Source of the DNA: an uncultured Bacilli bacterium
GTDB taxonomy: Bacteria; Bacillota_I; Bacilli_A; RF39; UBA660
Reading direction: 5' to 3'
Length of the DNA stretch: 64,000 nt
Assembly: GCA_947589495.1 (NCBI GenBank)
Contig: CANQAK010000003.1
Coordinates: forward strand, 218-64,217
Numbering within the stretch: position 1 is the stretch's first letter; each line of letters starts with the position of its first letter. Under the pieces are notes generated by a model. The model made no database searches. It saw only the letters and a program-made list of their open reading frames with translations, and was not told where the DNA came from. The position numbers were made by a program, and so were the translations under genes. Shown here piece after piece: positions 9,580 through 17,755 of the stretch.

Positions 9580-12045
9580 CTAACTCTCTATGTAGAAAGG
9601 ATTATCATATGTTCCTGAACCTGCAATTTTAACATTGTTCTTTAGATAGAAGACAGGACGAACCGAACGCATAGCGCTCAAATCGAAGATATAGATTTTG
9701 CCATCTATATCCACACCCCATGCATTGAAGTAAACACCTGTACTGAAACGCCCAATACGCGTCATGGTCCATTCTTGATAAGTTGTACTACTTGATTCAT
9801 TATTAATTTCATGTATCCAGCTTCCTTGACATGTTGTGTAATTATTTTTGCAATTGTATGTATGTCCTGTTGCACTTATTGCATATAAATAGTCACTTAC
9901 ATACATCAATCCTATTGATGATTCTTCACTTGTTTGTTGCCACTTTGTTCCTTCACTTTTTGGTACTAAAATTCCATTTGCATTATAATATTGTGTTGCT
10001 ACCTGTCCACTTTCTATTTTATATACTTCTTCTGATGTTATTGTACCCATATATTCTTCTCCTATGTCTCCATACCACCATTTTTGTGGTTCTATTTTTT
10101 CTTGTACTGTACTATCTAATTTACTTAAGAATGAACCACTTCCATCATTCAAAGTTTTATACATGTCACTTTGTTCCCATGCTGGACAGCCTTCTTTTGA
10201 ACCACAATAATTACTCTTTGATGAATCATTAGTTGATTTACTATTCCATGCAAACATATTTGTTCCACTTTTATTATATCTTATTTGTTTTATTACCTTT
10301 ATATTTCCTTCTGGAGTAATTCCTATGATTCGATACATATTATCATCGTATCCACTACTACTTGCATTGCAACTATTTTTTCCAACTTCTTTCAAACATA
10401 TATAGTTTTTTACATTTTTTCCCTTTAATGTATCTGCTCCTTGATATCTATACATTCCCCCAACTAAAGTTTTACTTAAAGTCTCTGTATCATCTGCCAA
10501 TCTTAACGTTTTTTCTTGATCTGTTGGTATTACTTCTGTTAATGTATATGGATCATCTACTGTTCCACTTCCATATAATGTTATATTACTCTTTAAATAG
10601 AAAACTGGGCGAACCGCATATCCAGTACTCAAAACATTATAATCAATATTTCCATTTGAAGTTACATACCATCCACCATAACGATTATCAGAATTACTAT
10701 ACAATCCCATACGCGTCATGATCCATTCATATCTTTCATTTCCAGACGTCGCTATTCCATTATTACTCATATGTATCCAACTGGATTTACATGTACTGTA
10801 ATCACTTTTTCTACAACTTGTATTATGTCCTAAACTGCTTTCTGCATATGCATAGTCATGTATATACATTAATCCTATATTGGCTTGTATTTTATTTGTC
10901 CAAATCCGATCTTCTATATATTTTCCATCATCTGGACTATAATATTTAGTATTTTCTTTACCTGCTTCTATTTTATATACTTCCTCTGTTGATATACTGG
11001 AATCTATATAATCCTTACTTATATCTCCGTATATCCATTGTTGTGGTTCTATTATATTTTTTATTTCTTCTTTTAACGAATTATAATAATCTTCATTTAA
11101 TGTACTATATATTTTACTTTCTGGCCATTCTTTATTTACAGAATTATCATCCCACCATTTTATCGCATTTCCATATCTTGTTTGTTTTATGACTTTTATA
11201 TTTCCTTCAGGAGTGATTCCTATAATCCTGTACATTTCATCACTTTGATTTGAACATTTTCCTTCTAAACATAAATAATTACTTTTTACTTCATTATTTG
11301 TTCCTTGATATCTATACATTCCTCCAACTAAAGTATCACTTAATGTGTTATTTGTATCATCACTTTGTAATTTCTTTACTAATTTTGCTCCACTATCTTC
11401 TCCACATTTTAAGTTATCTGCACTTATTGTTATATCTAACTCTTTATCTGCTAAATAATCTTGTTCATCATTCTTTTTATTAACTAAATATGCATATGCA
11501 TCTATTTTTGATGAACTATTTCCTGTTACTTTAAATGTTATTCCTTCATATACTTTTTTACCTTCATCTTTTATATCAAATAAATCTAGTTCTTGTTCTT
11601 CAAATGTATTATTTTCATCTCCCTTTAAATGTAAAAATAAATCTCCTTGTTCTAATGCTTCTCCCATTGAACCTTGTGTATTAGTCATTGTTACTGTTAT
11701 ATCTGCTGTACATTCATATTTATCTTCATTCGTTGCATCAGTTATTTCAAATTTAGTTATGGTATGTGTTCCTTCTTCTTCAGTTAACACATAATTCTTT
11801 TCATCATCTGCATAATAATTTCTTGCATTATTTGGTGCCATATCTTCTTCATCTACTATTATTTTTAACTTTGGTGTTGGTACTGAAAGAGTTACTAACC
11901 CTGATTCTTCTGTTTGTAGTGTTATTACACTACTATTTGATGTATTTATTACTCCCATATTAAAGTAAGCATATGTAGCTCCAATTACTAACACTATCAT
12001 TATTGCTACTCCAATTATTAATTTTACTTTTGTTTTTTTATCCAT
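9580..12045 (-). CDS. Secreted modular protein A: SipW/TasA-type signal, beta-rich N-domain and two lectin-like modules (family member 1)
   Basis: N-terminus KVKLIIGVAIMIVLVIGATYAYFNM. Two internal repeats each contain LVGGMYRYQG, MYRIIGITPEGNIKVIKQ, IGLMY.(H/S)DY.YA, EW(I/T)MTR, VRPVFYLK and GSGT..(D/N)P(F/Y). Confidence 0.8.
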   Translation of the reverse strand: MDKKTKVKLIIGVAIMIVLVIGATYAYFNMGVINTSNSSVITLQTEESGLVTLSVPTPKLKIIVDEEDMAPNNARNYYADDEKNYVLTEEEGTHTITKFEITDATNEDKYECTADITVTMTNTQGSMGEALEQGDLFLHLKGDENNTFEEQELDLFDIKDEGKKVYEGITFKVTGNSSSKIDAYAYLVNKKNDEQDYLADKELDITISADNLKCGEDSGAKLVKKLQSDDTNNTLSDTLVGGMYRYQGTNNEVKSNYLCLEGKCSNQSDEMYRIIGITPEGNIKVIKQTRYGNAIKWWDDNSVNKEWPESKIYSTLNEDYYNSLKEEIKNIIEPQQWIYGDISKDYIDSSISTEEVYKIEAGKENTKYYSPDDGKYIEDRIWTNKIQANIGLMYIHDYAYAESSLGHNTSCRKSDYSTCKSSWIHMSNNGIATSGNERYEWIMTRMGLYSNSDNRYGGWYVTSNGNIDYNVLSTGYAVRPVFYLKSNITLYGSGTVDDPYTLTEVIPTDQEKTLRLADDTETLSKTLVGGMYRYQGADTLKGKNVKNYICLKEVGKNSCNASSSGYDDNMYRIIGITPEGNIKVIKQIRYNKSGTNMFAWNSKSTNDSSKSNYCGSKEGCPAWEQSDMYKTLNDGSGSFLSKLDSTVQEKIEPQKWWYGDIGEEYMGTITSEEVYKIESGQVATQYYNANGILVPKSEGTKWQQTSEESSIGLMYVSDYLYAISATGHTYNCKNNYTTCQGSWIHEINNESSSTTYQEWTMTRIGRFSTGVYFNAWGVDIDGKIYIFDLSAMRSVRPVFYLKNNVKIAGSGTYDNPFYIES

Positions 12046-12123
12046 TTTTAAACTACTCCTTTTATTAATATGGCTATATTTTAGAAATTAATGTATTTCT
12101 ATTTATCTAGTATCTATAATTTA

Positions 12124-12152
12124 ATTATATTGGTTATATAACCATTAGTCAA
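12124..12152 (-). promoter_or_regulatory. Sigma-A-type promoter of gene A with a palindromic operator in the spacer
   Basis: The minus strand reads TTGACT-N17-TATAAT. The spacer contains the perfect 14-bp palindrome TGGTTATATAACCA (12131-12144). Confidence 0.65.
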
Positions 12153-12180
12153 GTAACAAGTAGTTATTAAATGTAAACTA

Positions 12181-12216
12181 AAAAGAATGTAATTCAATAT
12201 ATTCATACATTCTTTT
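12181..12216 (-). terminator. Terminator after ftsK
   Basis: Hairpin AAGAATGTA / TACATTCTT flanked by A/T runs, immediately after the ftsK stop codon. Confidence 0.55.
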
Positions 12217-14458
12217 ATTCATCTATAGTATCACTATCTTTTTTTATTAATACTTCTCTAGGTTTACTACCATTTTGAGGTCCTACTATTCCTCTTGATT
12301 CTAATAAATCAATCATTCTAGCTGCTCTATTAAAACCAAATCTAAATCTTCTTTGAATTAAGGAAGCACTTATTTTACCAGTATCTTTAGCAAATTCAAC
12401 AATTTCATTATACATTGGATCATCATAACTATCTTCCCCATTACCACTTCCACTTGAAGAATTAGATGAAGCATTAGATACTGTCATATCTTCTTCATAT
12501 TTAACTGTTAATTGTTTAGAACAATAATTAATTAATTTAGCAATCTCTTCATCAGATATGAAACATCCTTGAATACGTTCTGGTTGATTTTCACCCATTG
12601 GTAAAAATAACATATCACCTTTACCCAGTAATTTTTCAGCTCCACTCATATCTAATGCTGTTCTTGAATCTATTTGACTTGCTACTGCAAAACAAATCCG
12701 TGATGGAATATTAGCTTTAACTACTCCAGTAATAACATCTGTTGAAGGTCTTTGAGTTGCGACAATTAAATGTATTCCCGCTGCTCTAGCCATTTGAGTT
12801 ATTCTCATGATAGAATCTTCAACTTCTTTAGAGGCAACAAGCATAAGATCAGCAAGTTCATCAATAATTACAACCCAAAAAGGCATTTTAGGAAGTAAAG
12901 ATTCTGGATGACGTTTATTTTCTTTTTCAATATAAGCATTATATTCACTAATTTTTTTAACACCAGCATCTGCAAAGGTATCATAACGTTTTTCCATTTC
13001 TCTAACAACATTTTGAAGCATTATAGATGCTTTTTTAGGATCACTTACAACAGGACAATATAAATGAGGTGTTCCATTATAATTAGTAAGTTCAACTTTT
13101 TTAGGATCAACCATTATAAGTTTAACTTGAGTTGGTTCATAATTCATTAAAATAGAACAAATAATAGAGTTGATACATACTGATTTACCAGAACCAGTAG
13201 ATCCTGCGACTAAAAGGTGAGGCATTTTTGCTAAATCTGCAACGATTGGTTTACCCATTAAGTTTTTACCTAAAGTAATCATAATATCATATTTATTTTT
13301 TAAACTTAAATTAGCTTCTAATATTTCTCTAAAGGCAACAGCACTAATACTTTCATTAGGTATTTCTATACCAATTGTACTTTTACCAGGGATAGGTGCT
13401 TGAATACGAACATCTTTAGCAGCTAAAGCTAAGGCTATTTCTTTATTAATTGATAAAATACGACTAACTTTAGTACCAGCAGGTACAACTATTTCATATT
13501 GAGTAACTGCAGGTCCTACATGAATTTCTACAACTTTTCCAGATATTTGAAAATCTTTTAATACATTTTCTAATATTTCTTTATTCTTTAAGGTAAATGC
13601 ATCTGAATTTCCTTTTTTTGGAGCTTTTATTTCATTTAAAATATTTATTGGTGGAAGCTTATAATTTCCTGGAGTTATAACTTCTTCTTTTATAACATTT
13701 TCTGTTTCTTTAACTTCTCTTGTTACTTCTAATTGTTTATTTTTTACTTCTTCTAAACTATTAATAATAATTCTTTCATCTTTTTTAGGTACTTCTTTAA
13801 GTTTTTCTTCAACTTCTTCACTTATATCCACTAAGTCTTCTACTGAAGTATCTTCCTCATCATCTTCGGCATGTCTTTTAACAAAACTTTTAATTTTTTC
13901 TAAAATATCTGTTAAAGTAATATTTAAAAGCATTATAACACCAACAATAGCAATTACTACTAAAATTACAACTGTACCAGGTTTGGCAAATAAAAAATAA
14001 AAAGCACTAATAAAGGCTGCTCCTAAAAGCCCTCCTCCAATAGCGATGGAAGTATTACCAGTATTTAAAATAGAATTAGATGGTGTTATTGTATTCATTC
14101 TGTCCATAAATTGTTCAAACGTATTTTTTATTATTTCACCGGGAGTTCCTGCTTTATCTAAAAAGGTAAAATGACTAGCTACAAGAATAACTAACATTAT
14201 TAAATAAAACCCTACTAATCTTGATGAAAAAAATTTAGGCATTTTTCTTTTAAATACCATAAAAAGTCCCACTAATAAAATATAGATAACAAAAACTATC
14301 CACCATGAACCTAATAAAAACATAGCAAATTCTTTAATAAGGGTACCAATATAACCAAATCCAAAACCAATAATACCTACTAAAGCTAGAATTAACCCAG
14401 TTAATTCTACACTCATTCCACTACTATTTGCATCTTTGGATTTTTTCTTCTTTGCCAT
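12215..14458 (-). CDS. ftsK: DNA translocase FtsK/SpoIIIE
   Basis: N-terminal TM segments, Walker A GSTGSGKS, Walker B VIIDELADL and a C-terminal gamma domain. The start may instead be at 14470. Confidence 0.93.
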   Translation of the reverse strand: MAKKKKSKDANSSGMSVELTGLILALVGIIGFGFGYIGTLIKEFAMFLLGSWWIVFVIYILLVGLFMVFKRKMPKFFSSRLVGFYLIMLVILVASHFTFLDKAGTPGEIIKNTFEQFMDRMNTITPSNSILNTGNTSIAIGGGLLGAAFISAFYFLFAKPGTVVILVVIAIVGVIMLLNITLTDILEKIKSFVKRHAEDDEEDTSVEDLVDISEEVEEKLKEVPKKDERIIINSLEEVKNKQLEVTREVKETENVIKEEVITPGNYKLPPINILNEIKAPKKGNSDAFTLKNKEILENVLKDFQISGKVVEIHVGPAVTQYEIVVPAGTKVSRILSINKEIALALAAKDVRIQAPIPGKSTIGIEIPNESISAVAFREILEANLSLKNKYDIMITLGKNLMGKPIVADLAKMPHLLVAGSTGSGKSVCINSIICSILMNYEPTQVKLIMVDPKKVELTNYNGTPHLYCPVVSDPKKASIMLQNVVREMEKRYDTFADAGVKKISEYNAYIEKENKRHPESLLPKMPFWVVIIDELADLMLVASKEVEDSIMRITQMARAAGIHLIVATQRPSTDVITGVVKANIPSRICFAVASQIDSRTALDMSGAEKLLGKGDMLFLPMGENQPERIQGCFISDEEIAKLINYCSKQLTVKYEEDMTVSNASSNSSSGSGNGEDSYDDPMYNEIVEFAKDTGKISASLIQRRFRFGFNRAARMIDLLESRGIVGPQNGSKPREVLIKKDSDTIDE

Positions 14459-14549
14459 GTTAATCACCATAATAATTATAAACTAAATATCTTTTTTTGA
14501 CAATTAATTCTATATTTTATATAATTATTTTACTAAAACGAGGTGGCTT

Positions 14550-15062
14550 ATGATAAATGTTGTTTTATTTGAACCAGAAATTCCTACTAACACAGGAAAT
14601 ATAATGCGTACTTGTATTGCTACTAATACCCATTTACATTTAATTAAACCATTAGGATTTAGTTTAGATGATAAATATGTTAAAAGAAGTGGTGTTAACT
14701 ATATAGATAAATGTAAATACACTTTATATGAAAATATTGAAGAATTTTTTGAAAAAAATAAAGGAGAATATTATTTTTTAACTAGATATGGTCATAAACC
14801 TCATACTTCTTTTGATTACAGTGATAAAGGAAAAAATATTTATTTTTTCTTTGGTAAAGAATCAACAGGTATTCCTCCTAAAATTTTAAAACCATTTATA
14901 GATAGATGTTTAAGAATACCTATGACTAGTGATGTTAGAGCCTTAAATTTATCTAATACCGTAGCAATTGTAGTATATGAAGCTTTAAGACAACAAGGGT
15001 ATCCTAATCTTTTATTTGATGAACCACATAAATCAAAAAATTTTATTGAAGAAAGTGATTAA
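14550..15062 (+). CDS. trmL: tRNA (cytidine/uridine-2'-O-)-methyltransferase TrmL (SpoU family)
   Basis: Begins VVLFEPEIPTNTGNIMRTC and carries the C-terminal SpoU knot motif LNLSNTVAIVVYE. Confidence 0.85.
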   Translation: MINVVLFEPEIPTNTGNIMRTCIATNTHLHLIKPLGFSLDDKYVKRSGVNYIDKCKYTLYENIEEFFEKNKGEYYFLTRYGHKPHTSFDYSDKGKNIYFFFGKESTGIPPKILKPFIDRCLRIPMTSDVRALNLSNTVAIVVYEALRQQGYPNLLFDEPHKSKNFIEESD

Positions 15063-15150
15063 CTACTTTCTTTTTTTTTTAAAAATTGTAACATATTTTT
15101 TCTTTTCGCATATATTATATGCAATCATCATAAATTTATATGGGTGACTT

Positions 15151-17715
15151 ATGATAAATTATAATGGTTTAAATGATGATGAAGTAATTATAAGTAGAAA
15201 AGAACACGGTACTAATGAATTATCTAAAGTAAAACAAAAAACATTTTTAAAAATTTTATTGGAATCATTAGGAGATCCAATTATTAAAATACTTCTTATT
15301 GCCCTTTGTATTAAACTTTTATTTATTTTTTCTAAATATGATTGGTATGAAACAATTGGTATTGCTATTGCAGTAATGTTAGCATCCTTAGTATCAACTA
15401 TATCTGAATATGGCAGCGAAGCTGCTTTTAAAAGATTACAAGAAGAAGTAAGTAAAATAAAAGTTAAAGTATATAGAAATAATTCTTTAAAAGAAATAAT
15501 TATTAATGATATTGTTGTTGGAGATATAGTTAAACTTACAACTGGTGATTCTATTCCAGCAGATGGTATTTTAATAAGTGGATCAATTTCCTGTAATGAA
15601 GCAAGTCTTACTGGTGAATCTAAAGATATTAAAAAAAATACAAATAATAATAAATTATTTAGAGGAAGTGTCGTTACTAATGGTAATGGAAAAATGCTTG
15701 TTAAAAAAGTTGGTAATAATACAGAATATGGAAAAATTTCTTTAGAAATTCAAGAGAAGTCTCCGACTTCTCCACTCAAAAAAAGATTATATGGACTTGC
15801 TAAAGTAATTAGTAAAATTGGTTATATTGGGGCTTTTGTTGTTTCACTTTCTTATCTTTTTAATAAAGTAGTAATGGAAAATAACTTTGATTTAGATTTA
15901 ATTATGACTACCATTACTACTCCTAAAATAATTTTAAACCATTTAATTTATGCATTAACACTTGCAGTCACCATAATAATTGTAGCAGTTCCAGAAGGAC
16001 TGCCTATGATGATAACACTTGTGTTATCATCTAACATGAAAAGAATGCTTAAAGATAATGTTTTAGTTAGAAAACCAACAGGTATTGAAACCAGTGGTAG
16101 TATAAACTATTTATTAACAGATAAAACAGGTACTCTTACTAAAGGAGAATTAGAAGTTACTTCATTTGTATCATCTGACTTAAGAATATGGAAAAATGAT
16201 AATGAATTAAGAAAAACAAAAATATATAATGAAATATATAATTCTCTTATTTTAAATAATGAAAGTACTATTAGTGATGGAAATATTATTGGAGGTAATT
16301 CAACTGATAAAGCTTTAATTAAATTTTTAAAAATGAAAAATGAAAATTTAAAGATAAGTAAAAGAATACCTTTTGATAGTGAATTTAAATATAGTGCTAT
16401 TTATATTGATAATAAAGTTTATTTAAAAGGTGCTAGTGAAGTTATACTTCCTAAATGTAATAAATACTTAAATAGTTTAGGAGAAGAAAAATTAATTTTA
16501 AATAATAAATTAATTTTAAGAGAAATAGAAAAATATACTAAAAAAGGTATTAGAGTTATAACTCTAGCTATGGGTAATAATGAAGTAAGTAATTTAACTT
16601 TTCTAGGATTTGTAACATTAAAAGATGAACTTAGAAAAGAAGCTAAAGAAGGAATTAGTTTAATTAAAAATGCTGGTATTAATGTTATTATGATTACAGG
16701 AGATGCTAAAGATACAGCCAAAAATATTGCTATTGACTCTGGTATTATAAGTGATATAAATGATATTGTTTTATCTAGTGAAGAATTTAATTCCTTAGAT
16801 GAAGATGATATAAAGAAAATAGTTCATAAATTAAAGGTAGTAGCAAGAGCTCTTCCTCAAGATAAAAGTCGTTTAGTAAGTATTTTAGAAAGTATGAATT
16901 ATATTGTTGGAATGACGGGAGATGGAGTTAATGATGCTCCTGCTTTAAAAAAAGCTAATGTAGGTTTTGCAATGGGAAGTGGTACTGAAGTTAGTAAAGA
17001 AGCTAGTGATATTGTTATATTAGATAATAATATTTTATCTATTAGTAAAGCTATTCTTTATGGAAGAACCATTTTTAAAAGTATAAGAAGATTTGTAGTA
17101 TATCAATTAACAGTTAATATGACAGCTTTATTTTTATCAATTGTTGGTTCTTACATTGGTGTAAGTACACCAATAACAATTATTCAAATGTTATGGCTTA
17201 ATATGATAATGGATACCTTTGCAGGCTTAGCCTTCTCTTACGAAGCTCCACTTAAGTATTATATGGAAGAAAAACCTAAAAGATTAGATGAACCAATAAT
17301 TAATAAATATATGTATTCAGAAATAATTATTACTGCTCTTTATTCTGCTTTAATTTGTATATTATTTTTAAAATTACCAATATTTAAAGAAATTATTCGA
17401 AGTGAAGATAAATATTTTATGACATCTTATTTTGCTTTGTTTATTTTTATTGGCATTTTTAATGCCTTCAACAGTCGAACAGAAAGACTTAATATTTTAT
17501 CTAATATTGGAAAAAATAAAGTTTTTATCTTTATTTTTGGATTAATTATTATTGCTCAAATATTCTTAATTTATAAAGGTAATGACTTATTTAGAACTTA
17601 TGGTATGACTTTATTTGAATTATTATTTGTTGTTATTTTAGCTTTTACTGTAATACCAGTAGAATTTATAAGAAAACTTATTTTAAAGAAAAATGGTATT
17701 AAATTAGAAATATAA
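15151..17715 (+). CDS. Calcium-translocating P-type ATPase (P2 type)
   Basis: DKTGTLT phosphorylation site, the TGES-like motif LTGESK, TGDGVNDAPALKKA, and about 10 TM segments. Confidence 0.92.
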   Translation: MINYNGLNDDEVIISRKEHGTNELSKVKQKTFLKILLESLGDPIIKILLIALCIKLLFIFSKYDWYETIGIAIAVMLASLVSTISEYGSEAAFKRLQEEVSKIKVKVYRNNSLKEIIINDIVVGDIVKLTTGDSIPADGILISGSISCNEASLTGESKDIKKNTNNNKLFRGSVVTNGNGKMLVKKVGNNTEYGKISLEIQEKSPTSPLKKRLYGLAKVISKIGYIGAFVVSLSYLFNKVVMENNFDLDLIMTTITTPKIILNHLIYALTLAVTIIIVAVPEGLPMMITLVLSSNMKRMLKDNVLVRKPTGIETSGSINYLLTDKTGTLTKGELEVTSFVSSDLRIWKNDNELRKTKIYNEIYNSLILNNESTISDGNIIGGNSTDKALIKFLKMKNENLKISKRIPFDSEFKYSAIYIDNKVYLKGASEVILPKCNKYLNSLGEEKLILNNKLILREIEKYTKKGIRVITLAMGNNEVSNLTFLGFVTLKDELRKEAKEGISLIKNAGINVIMITGDAKDTAKNIAIDSGIISDINDIVLSSEEFNSLDEDDIKKIVHKLKVVARALPQDKSRLVSILESMNYIVGMTGDGVNDAPALKKANVGFAMGSGTEVSKEASDIVILDNNILSISKAILYGRTIFKSIRRFVVYQLTVNMTALFLSIVGSYIGVSTPITIIQMLWLNMIMDTFAGLAFSYEAPLKYYMEEKPKRLDEPIINKYMYSEIIITALYSALICILFLKLPIFKEIIRSEDKYFMTSYFALFIFIGIFNAFNSRTERLNILSNIGKNKVFIFIFGLIIIAQIFLIYKGNDLFRTYGMTLFELLFVVILAFTVIPVEFIRKLILKKNGIKLEI

Positions 17716-17755
17716 AAAACACTTCAATTTTTATCTTTGAAGTGTTTTATTTTTT
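17715..17755. terminator. Bidirectional terminator between the ATPase and modular protein B
   Basis: Hairpin AAAACACTTCAA / TTGAAGTGTTTT with flanking A and T runs. Confidence 0.65.

Noticed and set aside
9831-11963. Plus-strand ORFs inside gene A (9831-10232, 10362-10721, 10989-11192, 11250-11483, 11766-11963), plus the analogous ORFs in genes B (18134-19920) and C (32390-33475).
   Set aside because: They are antisense shadows of the long minus-strand genes. Their translations are low-complexity (L/Y/H/F-rich). The minus-strand frames carry repeated, mutually homologous modules and proper signal peptides.
16419-16721. 100-aa minus-strand ORF inside the P-type ATPase gene, and the 61333-61575 plus-strand ORF over the serS 3' end.
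   Set aside because: Both are antisense to strongly supported genes and have no independent signals.
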